Assembly (NCBI GenBank): GCA_964036045.1
Contig: OZ038379.1
Coordinates: forward strand, 52,452,001 to 52,516,000
Length of the DNA stretch: 64,000 nt
Direction: 5' to 3'
From: Eutreptiella sp. 'Long Island Sound 2002'
Lineage: Eukaryota > Protista > Euglenida
Each line of letters opens with the position of its first letter. Position 1 is the stretch's first letter. A program made the position numbers and the translations under genes. The notes beneath the pieces are model-generated. The model had not been told where the DNA came from and searched no databases. It saw only the letters and a program-made list of their open reading frames with translations. Of the stretch, positions 62,316 through 64,000 are shown one piece after another.

Positions 62316-64000
62316 GGGGGGGGGGGGGGGGGGCTGGAGACTTCATGCACGTCACACCGCTAATTCTTTCGCAAACCCTTGGACGTTGGTGAGGGGATCA
62401 GGTTCGGTTTTTCGCAGGGGCTACCCAGGCCCATGCCAAGATTGCCGCTGCCCATGCCTTGGCTGCCCCTCATGGGACTATCACCACCAAGACGGTCCAG
62501 CAGTTGCCACAGCCGGGTGGCGTCTGCCAGAGCTTGCTCTCGCACCTGGACTGCATTGTCGGGTACCGATCGCAGCCGTGAGTTTCCCTCCGCGAGACGC
62601 ACCACATCCGTCCAAAGGCCTGCTGTCTGTGCCTTTGCCTAATCCGCTACTTGCTGCAATATGTCCACGCTGCTCTCCAACTGATCAACCCGTTGCTAGA
62701 GAGTGCTTCTCCTTGCCCGGACGCGCAATCTGGGCCTCTTGGGACCCTGGCTTGGGCTTAACCCCCTGTTGGACAGCCGCCCTTGTGGCAGAGGACACCT
62801 GTGCGCAAAGGTCATCAACCGTGCGCTGGTCAAGGGTCACGGCTGCCTGACCCACCTTGTGATCATGCTCCAGTTTGCTCTGTTTGCGTGGTGCCGGCAT
62901 TGCATAGGGCGGTTCATCGTCCCCTTCATGCTCCACCTTCACATACGTGCGGCCGCCAAAACACCCCAATTCTTGCTTCTACTTATACTCGAACTCCTTG
63001 TGTTGTGCATGCCGCATTGCCAGCGCGGACACCTCTGCACCATCCACAGAAGACATGGAGGTGATCATCTTTGCACCCATGCGGACCTGCTGCCCATCCT
63101 CCCAGCAAATGTGTTCATACTTGCCAAACTTGCCATATGCAAACATTTTGCGGAGCCAAGTACCCATCCCTGGGGCATCGGTGCTCTCGTATACCACATG
63201 CAGCACACGGTTGAGCTCCACAAGGAGTGTCTTGCCGTCCATCCGCCATGTGATACGCAATGCGCACTGCTTGTACCACTTCCTGTACCCCTGTCCCATG
63301 ATGCACTCTGACACAACCTGGATCGTCACTGATGCCTTCGGCAGTATCCCCGAACACACATGGGGGCCTCGTCCAACCCCTGTGATGTGCATATGGGGCA
63401 CTTGCTGCCCTTCTGGTCCGTCCTCTGTTGCAGGCCCATCGCCCATGAGTGATTGCCGATCGACCACAAGTGTCGGCCAGATGTCAACAGTGGCCTATAG
63501 CGGCAAACCAACGTGACAGGGAATGCAAGGGGTTCTGGGATGTGATCACGAAGCCGATCACGAACCCAAATTGAGAACCCCTTCTTGATCACGTCCCGTG
63601 CCGAGAACCCCATTTCAGTAACCCCTTCCTGATCAAGAAGCCCTTGTCAGACGCACTTCTGAGCCAACTTTCTGATCAGGAACCCCTTCGCAAAGCACCT
63701 TCCTAGCAGACTTCTTGATTGCATGCCAGACCGATATTCGGCACTAAGATTAAGCATCCTACAGGCACCGAACACTCCTGCATATCATGTCAGACACAAG
63801 GCAGTACAGCAGGGCAGTACAATCAATACCTGCCTACATCTGCACCATGCCTACATTTGTAACAGTAGGCTCCATCCTTCCATGTCTCCATCAGCTAGCC
63901 ACACGTCAGCCCCATGCGGGGGTCCAGCATTGGCTGCAGTGGACGTCCCATGTCCCAGCGCACGATGGAGGCCTGCTCCTCGTCTCGGCCCATGCCGAAG

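Overview
Eukaryotic, repeat-dense genomic DNA, most likely from a photosynthetic euglenid (inferred from a tripartite class-I plastid presequence, a spliced-leader-type acceptor and a GTGTGC donor). The only clear host gene is the first coding exon (49372-50031, minus) of a plastid-targeted M16/insulinase-family peptidase; I could not find its next exon in the 49 kb downstream. The rest is nested, decayed DNA transposons. (1) A 32.7 kb hAT element (740-33472) has 14-bp C(A/G)GGATTGTGTATA TIRs and a perfect 8-bp TSD (GTGTGGTT) and splits a RAG1/Transib-like transposase gene in frame. Its ~14.3 kb native body carries, on one strand, an Upf1-like SF1 helicase, OTU-like, 2OG-Fe(II) dioxygenase-like and USP domains ahead of the hAT transposase. 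Its CAG...CTG ends plus the 8-bp TSD reproduce the +4..+6 CAG / -8..-6 CTG geometry of euglenid non-conventional introns. (2) Nested in it are a 6.6 kb multi-ORF DDE element (22-bp TIR, 5-bp TSD) and an 11.8 kb array of a 52-bp palindromic monomer bounded by TAG...CTA MITE-like ends. (3) There are two inverted copies of a three-gene TGT...ACA element with a RAG1-core-like transposase and a 2OG-Fe(II) dioxygenase cargo. No rRNA, intact tRNA or CRISPR. All domain calls come from motif recognition by eye, not database searches. Most listed short ORFs are antisense shadows or frameshifted fragments, and some frameshifts fall in homopolymers and may be assembly errors.
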